Positions 27,501 to 41,331 of a stretch of DNA of 64,000 bases are shown piece by piece; position 1 is the stretch's first letter; each line of letters begins with the position of its first letter. The translations under genes and the position numbers were made by a program. Below the pieces are notes generated by a model, which saw only the letters and a list, made by a program, of their open reading frames with translations, did not search any database and was not told the DNA's origin. The stretch covers positions 13,516,001 to 13,580,000 of the forward strand of contig OZ024751.1 of NCBI GenBank assembly GCA_964016885.1. Direction: 5' to 3'. This DNA comes from Eledone cirrhosa. Lineage: Eukaryota.

Positions 27501-30500
27501 TGTTGTGGTGGTAGTGACAGTAACAGTAGTAGTAGTAGTATTTGTTGTTGTGGTGGTAGTGACAGTAGCAGTAGTAGTAGTATTTGGTGTTGTGGTGGTA
27601 GTGACAGTAACAGTAGTAGTAGTAGTCTTTGTTGTTGTGGTGGTAGTGACAGTAACAGTAGTAGTAGTAGTATTTGTTGTTGTGGTGGTAGTGACAGTAG
27701 CAGTAGCAGTAGTAGTAGTATTTGTTGTTGTGGTGGTAGTGACAGTAACAGTAGTAGTAGTAGTATTTGTTGTTGTGGTGGTAGTGACAGTAACAGTAGT
27801 AGTAGTAGTATTTGTTGTTGTGGTGGTAGTGACAGTAGCAGTAGCAGTAGTAGTAATATTTGGTGTTGTGGTGGTAGTGACAGTAACAGTAGTAGTAGTA
27901 GTAGTATTTGTTGTGGTGGTAGTGACAGTAACAGTAGTAGTAGTAGTAGTAGTATTTGTTGTTGTGGTGGTAGTGAAAGTAACAGTAGTAGTAGTAGTAT
28001 TTGTTGTTGTGGTGGTAGTGACAGTAACAGTAGTAGTAGTAGTATTTGTTGTTGTGGTGGTAGTGACAGTAACAGTAGTAGTAGTAGTAGTATTTGTTGT
28101 TGTGGTGGTAGTGACAGTAGCAGTAGTAGTAGCAGTATTTGTTGTTGTGGTGGTAGTGACAGTAACAGTAGTAGTAGTAGTAGTATTTGTTGTTGTGGTG
28201 GTAGTGACAGTAACAGTAGTAGTAGTATTTGTTGTTGTGGTGGTAGTGACAGTAACAGTAGTAGTAGTAGTAGTATTTGTTGTTGTGGTGGTAGTGACAG
28301 TAACAGTAGTAGTAGTAGTATTTGTTGTTGTGGTGACAGTAACAGTAGCAGTAGTAGTAGTATTTGTTGTTGTGGTGGTAGTGACAGTAACAGTAGTAGT
28401 AGTATTATTTGTTGTTGTGGTGACAGTAACAGTAGCAGTAGTAGTAGTATTTGTTGTTGTGGTGGTAGTGACAGTAACAGTAGTAGTAGCAGTATTTGTT
28501 GTTGTGGTGGTAGTGACAGTAACAGTAGTAGTAGTAGTAGTATTTGTTGTTGTGGTGGTAGTGACAGTAACAGTAGTAGTAGTATTTGTTGTTGTGGTGG
28601 TAGTGACAGTAACAGTAGTAGTAGTAGTAGTATTTGTTGTTGTGGTGGTAGTGACAGTAACAGTAGTAGTAGTAGTATTTGTTGTGGTGGTAGTGACAGT
28701 AACAGTAGTAGTAGTATTATTTGTTGTTGTGGTGACAGTAACAGTAGCAGTAGTAGTAGTATTTGTTGTTGTGGTGGTAGTGACAGTAACAGTAGTAGTA
28801 GTAGTATTTGTTGTTGTGGTGGTAGTGACAGTAACAGTAGTAGCAGTAGTAGTAGTATTTGTTGTTGTGGTGGTAGTGACAGTAACAGTAGTAGTAGTAG
28901 TATTTGTTGTTGTGGTGGTAGTGACAGTAACAGTAGTAGTAGTAGTATTTGTTGTTGTGGTGGTAGTGACACTAACAGTAGTAGTAGTAGTATTTGTTGT
29001 TGTGGTGGTAGTGACAGTAACAGTAGTAGTAGTAGTATTTGTTGTTGTGGTGGTAGTGACAGTAACAGTAGTAGTAGTAGTATTTGTTGTTGTGGTGGTA
29101 GTGACAGTAACAGTAGTAGTAGTAGTAGTATTTGTTGTTGTGGTGGTAGTGACAGTAACAGTAGTAGTAGTAGTATTTGTTGTTGTGGTGGTAGTGACAG
29201 TAACAGTAGTAGTAGTAGTAGTAGTAGTATTTGTTGTTGTGGTGGTAGTGACACTAACAGTAGTAGTAGTAGTATTTGTTGTTGTGGTGGTAGTGACACT
29301 AACAGTAGTAGTAGTAGTAGTATTTGTTGTTGTGGTGGTAGTGACAGTAACAGTAGTAGTAGTAGTATTTGTTGTTGTGGTGGTAGTGACACTAACAGTA
29401 GTAGTAGTAGTAGTAGTATTTGTTGTTGTGGTGGTAGTGACAGTAACAGTAGTAGTAGTAGTATTTGTTGTTGTGGTGGTAGTGACAGTAACAGTAGTAG
29501 TAGTAGTAGTAGTATTTGTTGTTGTGGTGGTAGTGACACTAACAGTAGTAGTAGTAGTATTTGTTGTTGTGGTGGTAGTGACAGTAACAGTAGTAGTAGT
29601 AGTATTTGTTGTTGTGGTGGTAGTGACACTAACAGTAGTAGTAGTAGTAGTAGTATTTGTTGTTGTGGTGGTAGTGACAGTAACAGTAGTAGTAGTAGTA
29701 TTTGTTGTTGTGGTGGTAGTGACACTAACAGTAGTAGTAGTAGTAGTAGTATTTGTTGTTGTGGTGGTAGTGACACTAACAGTAGTAGTAGTAGTATTCG
29801 TTGTTGTGGTGGTAGTGACACTAACAGTAGTAGTAGTAGTAGTAGTATTTGTTGTTGTGGTGGTAGTGACAGTAACAGTAGTAGTAGTAGTATTTGTTGT
29901 TGTGGTGGTAGTAACAGTAACAGTAGTAGTAGTAGTATTTGTTGTTGTGGTGGTAGTGACAGTAACAGTAGTAGTAGTAGTATTTGTTGTTGTGGTGGTA
30001 GTGACACTAACAGTAGTAGTAGTAGTAGTATTTGTTGTTGTGGTGGTAGTGACAGTAACAGTAGTAGTAGTAGTATTTGTTGTTGTGGTGGTAGTGACAC
30101 TAACAGTAGTAGTAGTAGTAGTAGTATTTGTTGTTGTGGTGGTAGTGACACTAACAGTAGTAGTAGTAGTATTTGTTGTTGTGGTGGTAGTGACACTAAC
30201 AGTAGTAGTAGTAGTAGTAGTATTTGTTGTTGTGGTGGTAGTGACAGTAACAGTAGTAGTAGTAGTAGTAGTATTTGTTGTGGTGGTAGTGACACTAACA
30301 GTAGTAGTAGTAGTAGTAGTATTTGTTGTGGTGGTGGTAGTGACAGTAACAGTAGTAGTAGTAGTATTTGTTGTTGTGGTGGTAGTGACAGTAACAGTAG
30401 TAGTAGTAGTATTTGTTGTTGTGGTGGTAGTGACACTAACAGTAGTAGTAGTAGTAGTAGTATTTGTTGTTGTGGTGGTAGTGACACTAACAGTAGTAGT

Positions 30501-33500
30501 AGTAGTAGTAGTATTTGTTGTGGTGGTTGTAGTGACAGTAACAGTAGTAGTAGTAGTAGTATTTGTTGTGGTGGTGGTAGTGACAGTAACAGTAGTAGTA
30601 GTAGTAGTATTTGTTGTTGTGGTGGTAGTGACAGTAACAGTAGTAGTAGTAGTATTTGTTGTTGTGGTGGTAGTGACAGTAACAGTAGTAGTAGTAGTAT
30701 TTGTTGTTGTGGTGGTAGTGACAGTAACAGTAGTAGTAGTAGTAGTATTTGTTGTTGTGGTGGTAGTGACACTAACAGTAGTAGTAGTAGTAGTAGTAGT
30801 ATTTGTTGTTGTGGTGGTAGTGACAGTAACAGTAGCAGTAGTAGTATTTGTTGTTGTGGTGGTAGTGACACTAACAGTAGTAGTAGTAGTAGTATTTGTT
30901 GTTGTGGTGGTAGTGACAGTAGCAGTGGTAGTAGTAGTATTTGTTGTTGTGGTGGTAGTGACAGTAACAGTAGTAGTAGTAGTAGTATTTGTTGTTGTGG
31001 TGGTAGTGACAGTAGCAGTGGTAGTAGTAGTAGTATTTGTTGTTGTGGTGGTAGTGACAGTAACAGTAGTAGTAGTAGTATTTGTTGTTGTGGTGGTAGT
31101 GACAGTAACAATAGTAGTAGTAGTAGTAGTATTTGTTGTTGTGGTGGTAGTGACAGTAACAGTAGTAGTAGTAGTAGTATTTGTTGTTGTGGTGGTAGTG
31201 ACAGTAACAGTAGTAGTAGTAGTAGTAGTATTTGTTGTTGTGGTGGTAGTGAAAGTAACAGTAGTAGTATTTGTTGTTGTGGTGGTAGTGACAGTAACAG
31301 TAGTAGTATTTGTTGTTGTGGTGGTAGTGACAGTAACAGTAGTAGTAGTAGTATTTGTTGTTGTGGTGGTAGTGACAGTAACAGTAGTAGTAGTAGTATT
31401 TGTTGTTGTGGTGGTAGTGACAGTAACAGTAGTAGTAGTAGTATTTGTTGTTGTGGTGGTAGTGACAGTAACAGTAGTAGTAGTAGTATTTGTTGTTGTG
31501 GTGGTAGTGACAGTAGCAGTAGCAGTAGTAGTAATATTTGGTGTTGTGGTGGTAGTGACAGTAACAGTAGTAGTAGTAGTATTTGTTGTTGTGGTGGTAG
31601 TGACAGTAACAGTAGTAGTAGTAGTATTTGTTGTTGTGGTGGTAGTGACACTAACAGTAGTAGTAGTAGTAGTATTTGTTGTTGTGGTGGTAGTGACAGT
31701 AGCAGTGGTAGTAGTAGTATTTGTTGTTGTGGTGGTAGTGACAGTAACAGTAGTAGTAGTAGTATTTGTTGTTGTGGTGGTAGTGACAGTAACAGTAGTA
31801 GTAGTAGCAGTATTTGTTGTTGTGGTGGTAGTGACAGTAACAGTAGTAGTAGTAGTATTTGTTGTTGTGGTGGTAGTGACAGTAACAGTAGTAGTAGTAG
31901 TATTTGTTGTTGTGGTGGTAGTGACAGTAACAGTAGTAGTAGTAGTATTTGTTGTTGTGGTGGTAGTGACAGTAACAGTAGTAGTAGTAGTATTTGTTGT
32001 TGTGGTGGTAGTGACAGTAGCAGTAGCAGTAGTAGTAGTATTTGTTGTTGTGGTGGTAGTGACAGTAACAGTAGTAGTAGTAGTATTTGTTGTTGTGGTG
32101 GTAGTGACAGTAACAGTAGTAGTAGTATTTGTTGTTGTGGTGGTAGTGACAGTAACAGTAGTAGTAGTAGTATTTGTTGTTGTGGTGGTAGTGACAGTAA
32201 CAGTAGTAGTAGTAGCAGTATTTGTTGCTGTGGTGGTAGTGACAGTAACAGTAGTAGTAGTAGCAGTATTTGTTGTTGTGGTGGTAGTGACAGTAACAGT
32301 AGTAGTAGTAGCAGTATTTGTTGTTGTGGTGGTAGTGACAGTAACAGTAGTAGTAGTAGTAGTATTTGTTGTTGTGGTGGTAGTGACAGTAACAGTAGTA
32401 GTAGTATTATTTGTTGTTGTGGTGACAGTAACAGTAGCAGTAGTAGTAGTATTTGTTGTTGTGGTGGTAGTGACAGTAACAGTAGTAGTAGTAGTATTTG
32501 TTGTTGTGGTGGTAGTGACAGTAACAGTAGTAGTAGTATTATTTGTTGTTGTGGTGACAGTAACAGTAGCAGTAGTAGTAGTATTTGTTGTTGTGGTGGT
32601 AGTGACAGTAACAGTAGTAGTAGTAGTATTTGTTGTTGTGGTGGTAGTGACAGTAACAGTAGTAGTAGTAGTATTTGTTGTTGTGGTGGTAGTGACAGTA
32701 ACAGTAGTAGTAGTAGTAGTATTTGTTGTTGTGGTGGTAGTGACAGTAGCAGTAGTAGTAGCAGTATTTGTTGTTGTGGTGGTAGTGACAGTAACAGTAG
32801 TAGTAGTAGTAGTATTTGTTGTTGTGGTGGTAGTGACAGTAACAGTAGTAGTAGTATTTGTTGTTGTGGTGGTAGTGACAGTAACAGTAGTAGTAGTAGT
32901 AGTATTTGTTGTTGTGGTGGTAGTGACAGTAACAGTAGTAGTAGTAGTATTTGTTGTTGTGGTGGTAGTGACAGTAACAGTAGTAGTAGTATTATTTGTT
33001 GTTGTGGTGACAGTAACAGTAGCAGTAGTAGTAGTATTTGTTGTTGTGGTGGTAGTGACAGTAACAGTAGTAGTAGTATTATTTGTTGTTGTGGTGACAG
33101 TAACAGTAGCAGTAGTAGTAGTATTTGTTGTTGTGGTGGTAGTGACAGTAACAGTAGTAGTAGTAGTATTTGTTGTTGTGGAGGTAGTGACAGTAACAGT
33201 AGCAGTAGTAGTAGTATTTGTTGTTGTGGTGGTAGTGACAGTAACAGTAGTAGTAGTAGTATTTGTTGTTGTGGTGGTAGTGACAGTAACAGTAGTAGCA
33301 GTAGTAGTAGTATTTGTTGTTGTGGTGGTAGTGACAGTAACAGTAGTAGTAGTAGTATTTGTTGTTGTGGTGGTAGTGACAGTAACAGTAGTAGTAGTAG
33401 TATTTGTTGTTGTGGTGGTAGTGACAGTAACAGTAGTAGTAGTAGTAGTATTTGTTGTTGTGGTGGTAGTGACAGTAACAGTAGTAGTAGTAGTAGTATT

Positions 33501-36500
33501 TGTTGTTGTGGTGGTAGTGACAGTAACAGTAGTAGTAGTATTATTTGTTGTTGTGGTGACAGTAATAGTAGCAGTAGTAGTAGTATTTGTTGTTGTGGTG
33601 GTAGTGACAGTAACAGTAGTAGTAGTATTATTTGTTGTTGTGGTGACAGTAACAGTAGCAGTAGTAGTAGTATTTGTTGTTGTGGTGGTAGTGACAGTAA
33701 CAGTAGTAGTAGTAGTATTTGTTGTTGTGGTGGTAGTGACAGTATCAGTAGTAGTAGTAGTATTTGTTGTTGTGGTGGTAGTGACAGTAACAGTAGTAGT
33801 AGTAGTATGTTGTTGTGGTGGTAGTGACAGTAACAGTAGTAGTAGTAGTAGTATTTGTTGTTGTGGTGGTAGTGACAGTATCAGTAGTAGTAGTAGTATT
33901 TGTTGTTGTGGTGGTAGTGACAGTAACAGTAGTAGTAGTAGTAGTATTTGTTGTTGTGGTGGTAGTGACAGTAACAGTAGCAGTAGTAGTATTTGTTGTT
34001 GTGGTGGTAGTGGCAGTAACAGTAGTAGTAGTAGTATTTGTTGTTGTGGTGGTAGTGACAGTAACAGTAGTAGTAGTAGTAGTATTTGTTGTTGTGGTGG
34101 TAGTGACAGTAACAGTAGTAGTAGTAGTATTTGTTGTTGTGGTGGTAGTGACAGTAATAGTAGTAGTAGTAGTATTTGTTGTTGTGGTGGTAGTGACAGT
34201 AACAGTAGTAGTAGTAGTATTTGTTGTTGTGGTGGTAGTGACAGTAACAGTAGTAGTAGTAGTAGTATTTGTTGTTGTGGTGGTAGTGACAGTAACAGTA
34301 GTAGTAGTAGTATTTGTTGTTGTGGTGGTAGTGAGAGTAGCAGTAGTAGTAGTAGTATTTGTTGTTGTGGTGGTAGTGACAGTAACAGTAGTAGTAGTAG
34401 TAGTATTTGTTGTTGTGGTGGTAGTGACAGTAGCAGTAGTAGTAGTAGTATTTGTTGTTGTGGTGGTAGTGACAGTAACAGTAGTAGTAGTAGTAGTATT
34501 TGTTGTTGTGGTGGTAGTGACAGTAACAGTAGTAGTAGTAGTAGTATTTGTTGTTGTGGTGGTAGTGACAGTAACAGTAGTAGTAGTAGTAGTATTTGTT
34601 GTTGTGGTGGTAGTGACAGTAACAGTAGTAGTAGTAGTAGTATTTGTTGTTGTGGTGGTAGTGACAGTATCAGTAGTAGTAGTAGTATTTGTTGTTGTGG
34701 TGGTAGTGACAGTAACAGTAGTAGTAGTAGTATTTGTTGTTGTGGTGGTAGTGACAGTAACAGTAGTAGTAGTAGTATTTGTTGTTGTGGTGGTAGTGAC
34801 AGTAACAGTAGTAGTAGTAGTAGTATTTGTTGTTGTGGTGGTAGTGACAGTAACAGTAGTAGTAGTAGTAGTATTTGTTGTTGTGGTGGTATTGACAGTA
34901 ACAGTAGTAGTAGTAGTAGTATTTGTTGTTGTGGTGGTAGTGACAGTAACAGTAGTAGTAGTATTTGTTGTTGTGGTGGTAGTGACAGTAGCAGTGGTAG
35001 TAGTAGTATTTGTTGTTGTGGTGGTAGTGACAGTAGCAGTAGTAGTAGCAGTATTTGTTGTTGTGGTGGTAGTGACACTAACAGTAGTAGTAGTAGTAGT
35101 ATTTGTTGTTGTGGTGGTAGTGACAGTAACAGTAGTAGTAGTAGTATTTGTTGTTGTGGTGGTAGTGACAGTAACAGTAGTAGTAGTAGTATTTGTTGTT
35201 GTGGTGGTAGTGACAGTAACAGCAGTAGTAGTAGTATTTGTTGTTGTGGTGGTAGTGACAGTAACAGCAGTAGTAGTAGTATTTGTTGTTGTGGTGGTAG
35301 TGACAGTAACAGCAGTAGTAGTAGTATTTGTTGTTGTGGTGGTAGGGACAATAACAGTAGTAGTAGTAGTAGTAGAAGTATTTGTTGTTGTGGTGGTAGT
35401 GACAGTAACAGCAGTAGTAGTACTATTTGTTGTTGTGGTGGTAGTGACAGTAACAGTAGTAGTAGTAGTAGTAGTATTTGTTGTTGTGGTGGTAGTGACA
35501 GTAACAGTAGTAGTAGTATTTGTTGTTGTGGTGGTAGTGACAGTAACAGTAGCAGTAGTAGTACTATTTGTTGTTGTGGTGGTAGTGACAGTAACAGTAG
35601 TAGTAGTAGTAGTAGTATTTTTTGCTGTGGTGGTAGTGACAGTAGCAGTAGCAGTAGTATTTGTTGTTGTGGTGGTAGTGACAGTAGCAGTAGTAGTAGT
35701 ATTTGTTGTTGTGGTGGTAGTGACAGTAACAGTAGTAGTAGTAGTAGTAGTAGTATTTGTTGTTGTGGTGGTAGTGACAGTAACAGTAGTAGTAGTATTT
35801 GTTGTTGTGGTGGTAGTGACAGTAACAGTAGTAGTAGTATTTGTTGTTGTGGTGGTAGTGACAGTAACAGTAGTAGTAGTAGTAGTAGTATTTGTTGTTG
35901 TGGTGGTAGTGACAGTAACAGTAGTAGTAGTAGTATTTGTTGTTGTGGTGGTAGTGACAGTAACAGTAGTAGTAGTATTTGTTGTTGTGGTGGTAGTGAC
36001 AGTAACAGTAGTAGTAGTAGTAGTAGTATTTGTTGTTGTGGTGGTAGTGACAGTAGCAGTAGTAGTAGTATTTGTTGTGGTGGTAGTGACAGTAACAGTA
36101 GTAGTAGTAGTAGTAGTATTTGTTGTTGTGGTGGTAGTGACAGTAACAGTAGTAGTAGTAGTAGTATTTGTTGTTGTGGTGGTAGTGACAGTAACAGCAG
36201 TAGTAGTAGTAGTATTTGTTGTTGTGGTGGTAGTGACAGTAACAGCAGTAGTAGTAGTAGTATTTGTTGTTGTGGTGGTAGTGACAGTAACAGCAGTAGT
36301 AGTAGTAGTATTTGTTGTTGTGGTGGTAGTGACAGTAACAGCAGTAGTAGTAGTAGTATTTGTTGTTGTGGTGGTAGTGACAGTAACAGCAGTAGTAGTA
36401 GTAGTATTTGTTGTTGTGGTGGTAGTGACAGTAACAGCAGTAGTAGTAGTAGTATTTGTTGTTGTGGTGGTAGTGACAGTAACAGTAGTAGTAGTAGTAG

Positions 36501-38151
36501 TATTTGTTGTTGTGGTGGTAATGACAGTAACAGCAGTAGTAGTAGTAGTATTTGTTGTTGTGGTGGTAGTGACAGTAACAGTAGTAGTAGTAGTAGTATT
36601 TGTTGTGGTGGTAGTGACAGTAACAGCAGTAGTAGTAGTAGTATTTGTTGTTGTGGTGGTAGTGACAGTAGCAGTAGTAGTAGTAGTAGTATTTGTTGTT
36701 GTGGTGGTAGTGACAGTAACAGTAGTAGTAGTAGTATTTGTTGTTGTGGTGGTAGTGACAGTAACAGTAGTAGTAGTAGTAGTAGTATTTGTTGTTGTGG
36801 TGGTAGTGACAGTAACAGTAGTAGTAGTAGTAGTATTTGTTGTTGTGGTGGTAGTGACAGTAACAGTAGTAGTAGTAGTAGTAGTAGTATTTGTTGTTGT
36901 GGTGGTAGTGACAGTAACAGTAGTAGTAGTAGTATTTGTTGTTGTGGTGGTAGTGACAGTAACAGTAGTAGTAGTAGTAGTATTTGTTGTTGTGGTGGTA
37001 GTGACAGTAACAGTAGTAGTAGTAGTATTTGTTGTTGTGGTGGTAGTGGCAGTAACAGTAGTAGTAGTAGTATTTGTTGTTGTGGTGGTAGTGACAGTAA
37101 CAGTAGTAGTAGTAGTATTTGTTGTTGTGGTGGTAGTGACAGTAACAGTAGTAGTAGTAGTATTTGTTGTTGTGGTGGTAGTGACAGTAACAGTAGTAGT
37201 AGTAGTAGTAGTATTTGTTGTTGTGGTGGTAGTGACAGTAGTAGTAGTAGTATTTGTTGTTATGGTGGTAGTGACAGTAACAGTAGTAGTAGTAGTATTT
37301 GTTGTTGTGGTGGTAGTGACAGTAACAGTAGTAGTAGTAGTAGTATTTGTTGTTGTGGTGGTAGTGACAGTAACAGTAGTAGTAGTAGTAGTAGTATTTG
37401 TTGTTGTGGTGGTAGTGACAGTAACAGTAGTAGTAGTATTTGTTGTTGTGGTGGTAGTGACAGTAACAGTAATAGTAGTAGTAGTATTTGTTGTTGTGGT
37501 GGTAGTGACAGTAACAGTAGTAGTAGTAGTATTTGTTGTTGTGGTGGTAGTAACAGTAACAGTAGCAGTAGTAGTATTTGTTGTTGTGGTGGTAGTGACA
37601 GTAACAGTAGTAGTAGTAGTATTTGTTGTTGTGGTGGTAGTAACAGTAACAGTAGCAGTAGTAGTATTTGTTGTTGTGGTGGTAGTGACAGTAACAGTAG
37701 TAGTAGTAGTATTTGTTGTTGTGGTGGTAGTGACAGTAACAGTAGTAGTAGTAGTATTTGTTGTTGTGGTGGTAGTGACAGTAACAGTAGTAGTAGCAGT
37801 ATTTGTTGTTGTGGTGGTAGTGACAGTAACAGTAGTAGTAGTAGTAGTATTTGTTGTTGTGGTGGTAGTGACAGTAGTAGTAGTAGTAGTATTTGTTGTG
37901 GTGGTGGTAGTGACAGTAGTAGTAGTAGTATTTGTTGTGGTGGTGGTAGTGACAGTAACAGTAGTAGTAGTAGTAGTAGTATTTGTTGTGGTGGTGGTAG
38001 TGACAGTAACAGTAGTAGTGTTAGTAGTAGTATTTGTTGTTGTGGTGGTAGTGACAGTAGCAGTTGTAGTAGTAGTATTTGTTGTGGTGGTGGTAGTGAC
38101 AGTAACAGTAGTAGTAGTAGTAGTATTATTTGTTGTGGTGGTGGTAGTAAC

Positions 38152-38188
<37 letters not shown>

Positions 38189-38850
38189 TTTGTTGTTGTG
38201 GTGGTAGTGACAGCAACATTAGTAGTAGTAGTAATATTTGTTGTTGTGGTGGTAGTGACAGTAGCAGTGGTAGTAATATTTGTTGTTGTGGTGGTAGTGG
38301 CAGTAACAGTAGTAGTAGTATTTGTTGTGGTGGTAGTGACAGTAACAGTAGTAGTAGTAGTATTTGTTGTTGTGGTGGTAGTGATAGTAACAGTAGTAGT
38401 AGTAGTATTTGTTGTTGTGGTGGTAGTGACAGCAACATTAGTAGTAGTAGTAGTATTTGTTGTTGTGGTGGTAGTGACAGTAACAGTAGTAGTAGTAGTA
38501 GTATTTGTTGTTGTGGTGGTAGTGACAGTAGTAGTAGTAGTAGTAGCAGTATTTGTTGTTGTGGTGGTAGTGACAGTAACAGTAGTAGTAATAGTATTTG
38601 TTGTTGTGGTGGTAGTGACAGTAGTAGTAGTAGTATTTGTTGTTGTGGTGGTAGTGACAGTAACAGTAGTAGTAGTAGTAGTATTTGTTGTTGTGGTGGT
38701 AGTGACAGTAACAGTAGTAGTAGTAGTATTTGTTGTTGTGGTGGTAGTGACAGTAACAGTAGTAGTAGCAGTATTTGTTGTTGTGGAGGTAGTGACAGTA
38801 ACAGTAGTAGTAGTAGTAGTAGTAGTATTTGTTGTGGTGGTGGTAGTGAC

Positions 38851-38881
<31 letters not shown>

Positions 38882-39563
38882 TTTGTTGTGGTGGTGGTAG
38901 TGACAGTAGTAGTAGTAGTAGTAGTAGTATTTGTTGTGGTGGTGGTAGTGACAGTAACAGTAGTAGTAGTAGTAGTAGTATTTGTTGTGGTGGTGGTAGT
39001 GACAGTAACAGTAGTAGTAATAGTAGTGGTATTTGTTGTGGTGGTGGTAGTGACAGTAGTAGTAGTAGTATTTGTCGTTGTGGTGGTAGTGACAGTAACA
39101 GTAGTAGTAGTAGTAGTATTTGTTGTGGTGGTGGTAGTGACAGTAGCAGTGGTAGTAGTAGTATTTGTTGTTGTGGTGGTAGTGACAGTATCAGTTGTAG
39201 TAGTAGTATTTGTTGTGGTGGTGGTAGTGACAGTAGTAGTAGTAGTAGTAGTAGTAGTATTTGTTGTGGTGGTGGTTGTGACAGTAACAGTAGTAGTAGT
39301 ATTAGTAGTAGTAGTAGTATTAGTAGTAGTAGTAGTATTTGTTGTGGTGGTGGTAGTGACAGTAGCAGTGGTAGTAGTAGTAGTATTTGTTGTTGTGGTG
39401 GTAGTGACAGTAACAGTAGTAGTAGTAGTATTTGTTGTTGTGGTGGTAGTGACAGTAACAGTAGTAGTAGTAGTATTTGTTGTGGTGGTAGTGACAGTAG
39501 CAGTGGTAGTAGTAGTAGTATTTGTTGTTGTGGTGGTAGTGACAGTAGCAGTGGTAGTAGTAG
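18527..39563. repeat. ~21 kb compound-trinucleotide minisatellite, unit ~36-54 bp
   Basis: Consensus ATTTGTTGTTGTGGTGGTAGTGACAGTAAC(AGT)n, several hundred units; (CAG)n(TAG)n lead-in at 18527-18720; degenerate edges. Confidence 0.98.
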
Positions 39564-39878
39564 TTCTCGTTATTCAATATCATGACCTGAGTGTTTCGTT
39601 AGAATGCTACAAATATTTTTAGGATAGCCAGCGATTTCTCTCTTTGACAGATATACATGCATACATATATACATACGTACTTTTACTCATACATACATAC
39701 GTACCTATACACATACCTATACACATACATACATACCTATACATATACATACATACATACCTATACACACATACATACATACCTATACACACATACATAC
39801 ATATCTTTACACATACATACATACCTTTACACATACATACATACCTTTACACATACATACATACATACCTTTACATAT

Positions 39879-39905
39879 GGTGGTTGCCAACTCGTTTTCG
39901 AGTAC
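39879..39905 (-). mobile_element. 3' tip of non-autonomous RTE-type element (family R) in (CATA)n
   Basis: GGTGGTTGCCAACTCGTTTTCGAGTAC matches the end of 60261-60875. Confidence 0.75.
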
Positions 39906-39924
39906 ATACATACATATATATATA

Positions 39925-40393
39925 CTAGCAGAAGTGCCCGGCGTTGCTCGGGGCTGAGGAACTGATGTATTATAATGAATATTCCATCTCGTTTTGTTTG
40001 CAGGCTTGTTGTGTCATGGTCTCTGTTAACTACGGTATATATAATCTGGTTGCAGCTAGAAAAATAGACATACCGCAGCAGGGTTTGCACCTACATAGGT
40101 GATCCCCTGTCTATTTGACTTTCGCCTGACTTAACTGAGGTCGTAGGTGAAAGGGATAGGATCAATCACTTTTTGACAGGACAAAGAAAACGTTTGTTGG
40201 TGCCTGTTTATGTCGTGGTTTTGGGTTCAATCCCTAATTTTTTTATTCCTTACTGAAAGTACTTAATGAACCTGTGAACGTCCCTAGCAGTTAAGAATGA
40301 GAAATTAAATTGTTTCTGGCGCGATTGTACTCTCGTCATTGTTAACGAAAACTACATTGAAACACGCACACACACACGTGTGTATTGACGGTA

Positions 40394-40434
<41 letters not shown>

Positions 40435-41278
40435 CTAACGGCGACATAACATTTACCGGTTATATAAATTGTTCATGCTATATAAGATCGTACTGACTAC
40501 ATAGCCTTTTACCTGCTACATAGCTTTACCGGCTACATAATGAATACCGGCTACACAATTGATCTTGTTGTTTAAGGAAGTCTGCGAATAGTGTTTTAAA
40601 AAATTATTTGTTAACTCACATGATGTGAAATGGAAGGGTAGTATTATCGCCATGAAGATTAACAACCGAAAATGAAAATAATTATGTCGTTTGATTTTAC
40701 GATTGAAAGAAAATAATTGTCGCAAATTAGAATTTTTATTTGTTAATGAAGTGTGTATGTGTGGTTAGAAATCCGGCACATGGTTAAATTGATTTAAAGT
40801 TTAATTATTCATTTGATGTGAGTGTGTGTTTGTATGTGTTTGCAAATAAATAAATCAGTTTGAAGATTCACATTTAGAATAAACGAAATTGTACGTTAAT
40901 GTGGCTAATGTTTTTGTTGTTTAGTCTGTAAAGTGTATGAGTGAGAGAGTTAAACGGACAGTATCACCATCAACATGAACAATGTAAAATGAAAAGAATA
41001 GTTGTTTCAGCTTGGAAAAAGAAAGTAGCAGGAAGTATAAAGTTGTATAGATTTTGAAGGATAATAGAAAGGTTTCGCAGTTGAATTGAGAGAGGTAAAT
41101 CGTAAAATATTGAGTTTCATCGATTATTTGCGTAATTGTGGGTGAAATTAAAAAAAATATATGTGCCAAGACCCAATCGAAGCTATTTCGAATACTGAAT
41201 TGTAAATTTCAATTGAAGAAATTCTATATCGTAGATTTCTATAACAAAGAAATGTGACCATACACTGAGCTTTATAGA
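39925..41278 (-). mobile_element. non-autonomous Helitron
   Basis: Minus strand reads A|TC(TATAAAGC)...hairpin CCCGAGCAACGCCGGG (39937-39952)...CTAG|T, i.e. canonical Helitron ends in an AT target; no RepHel ORF. Confidence 0.75.
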
Positions 41279-41283
41279 TTATG

Positions 41284-41324
<41 letters not shown>

Positions 41325-41331
41325 CAAATAC

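Noticed and set aside
18606-39622. Giant ORFs of 1935-6949 aa (poly-V, CCCGGSDS, LPPQQQ, poly-T)
   Set aside because: Several frames on both strands are open simultaneously because the triplet-based unit lacks stops; there is no domain, real start context or synonymous variation, so they are not called as CDS.
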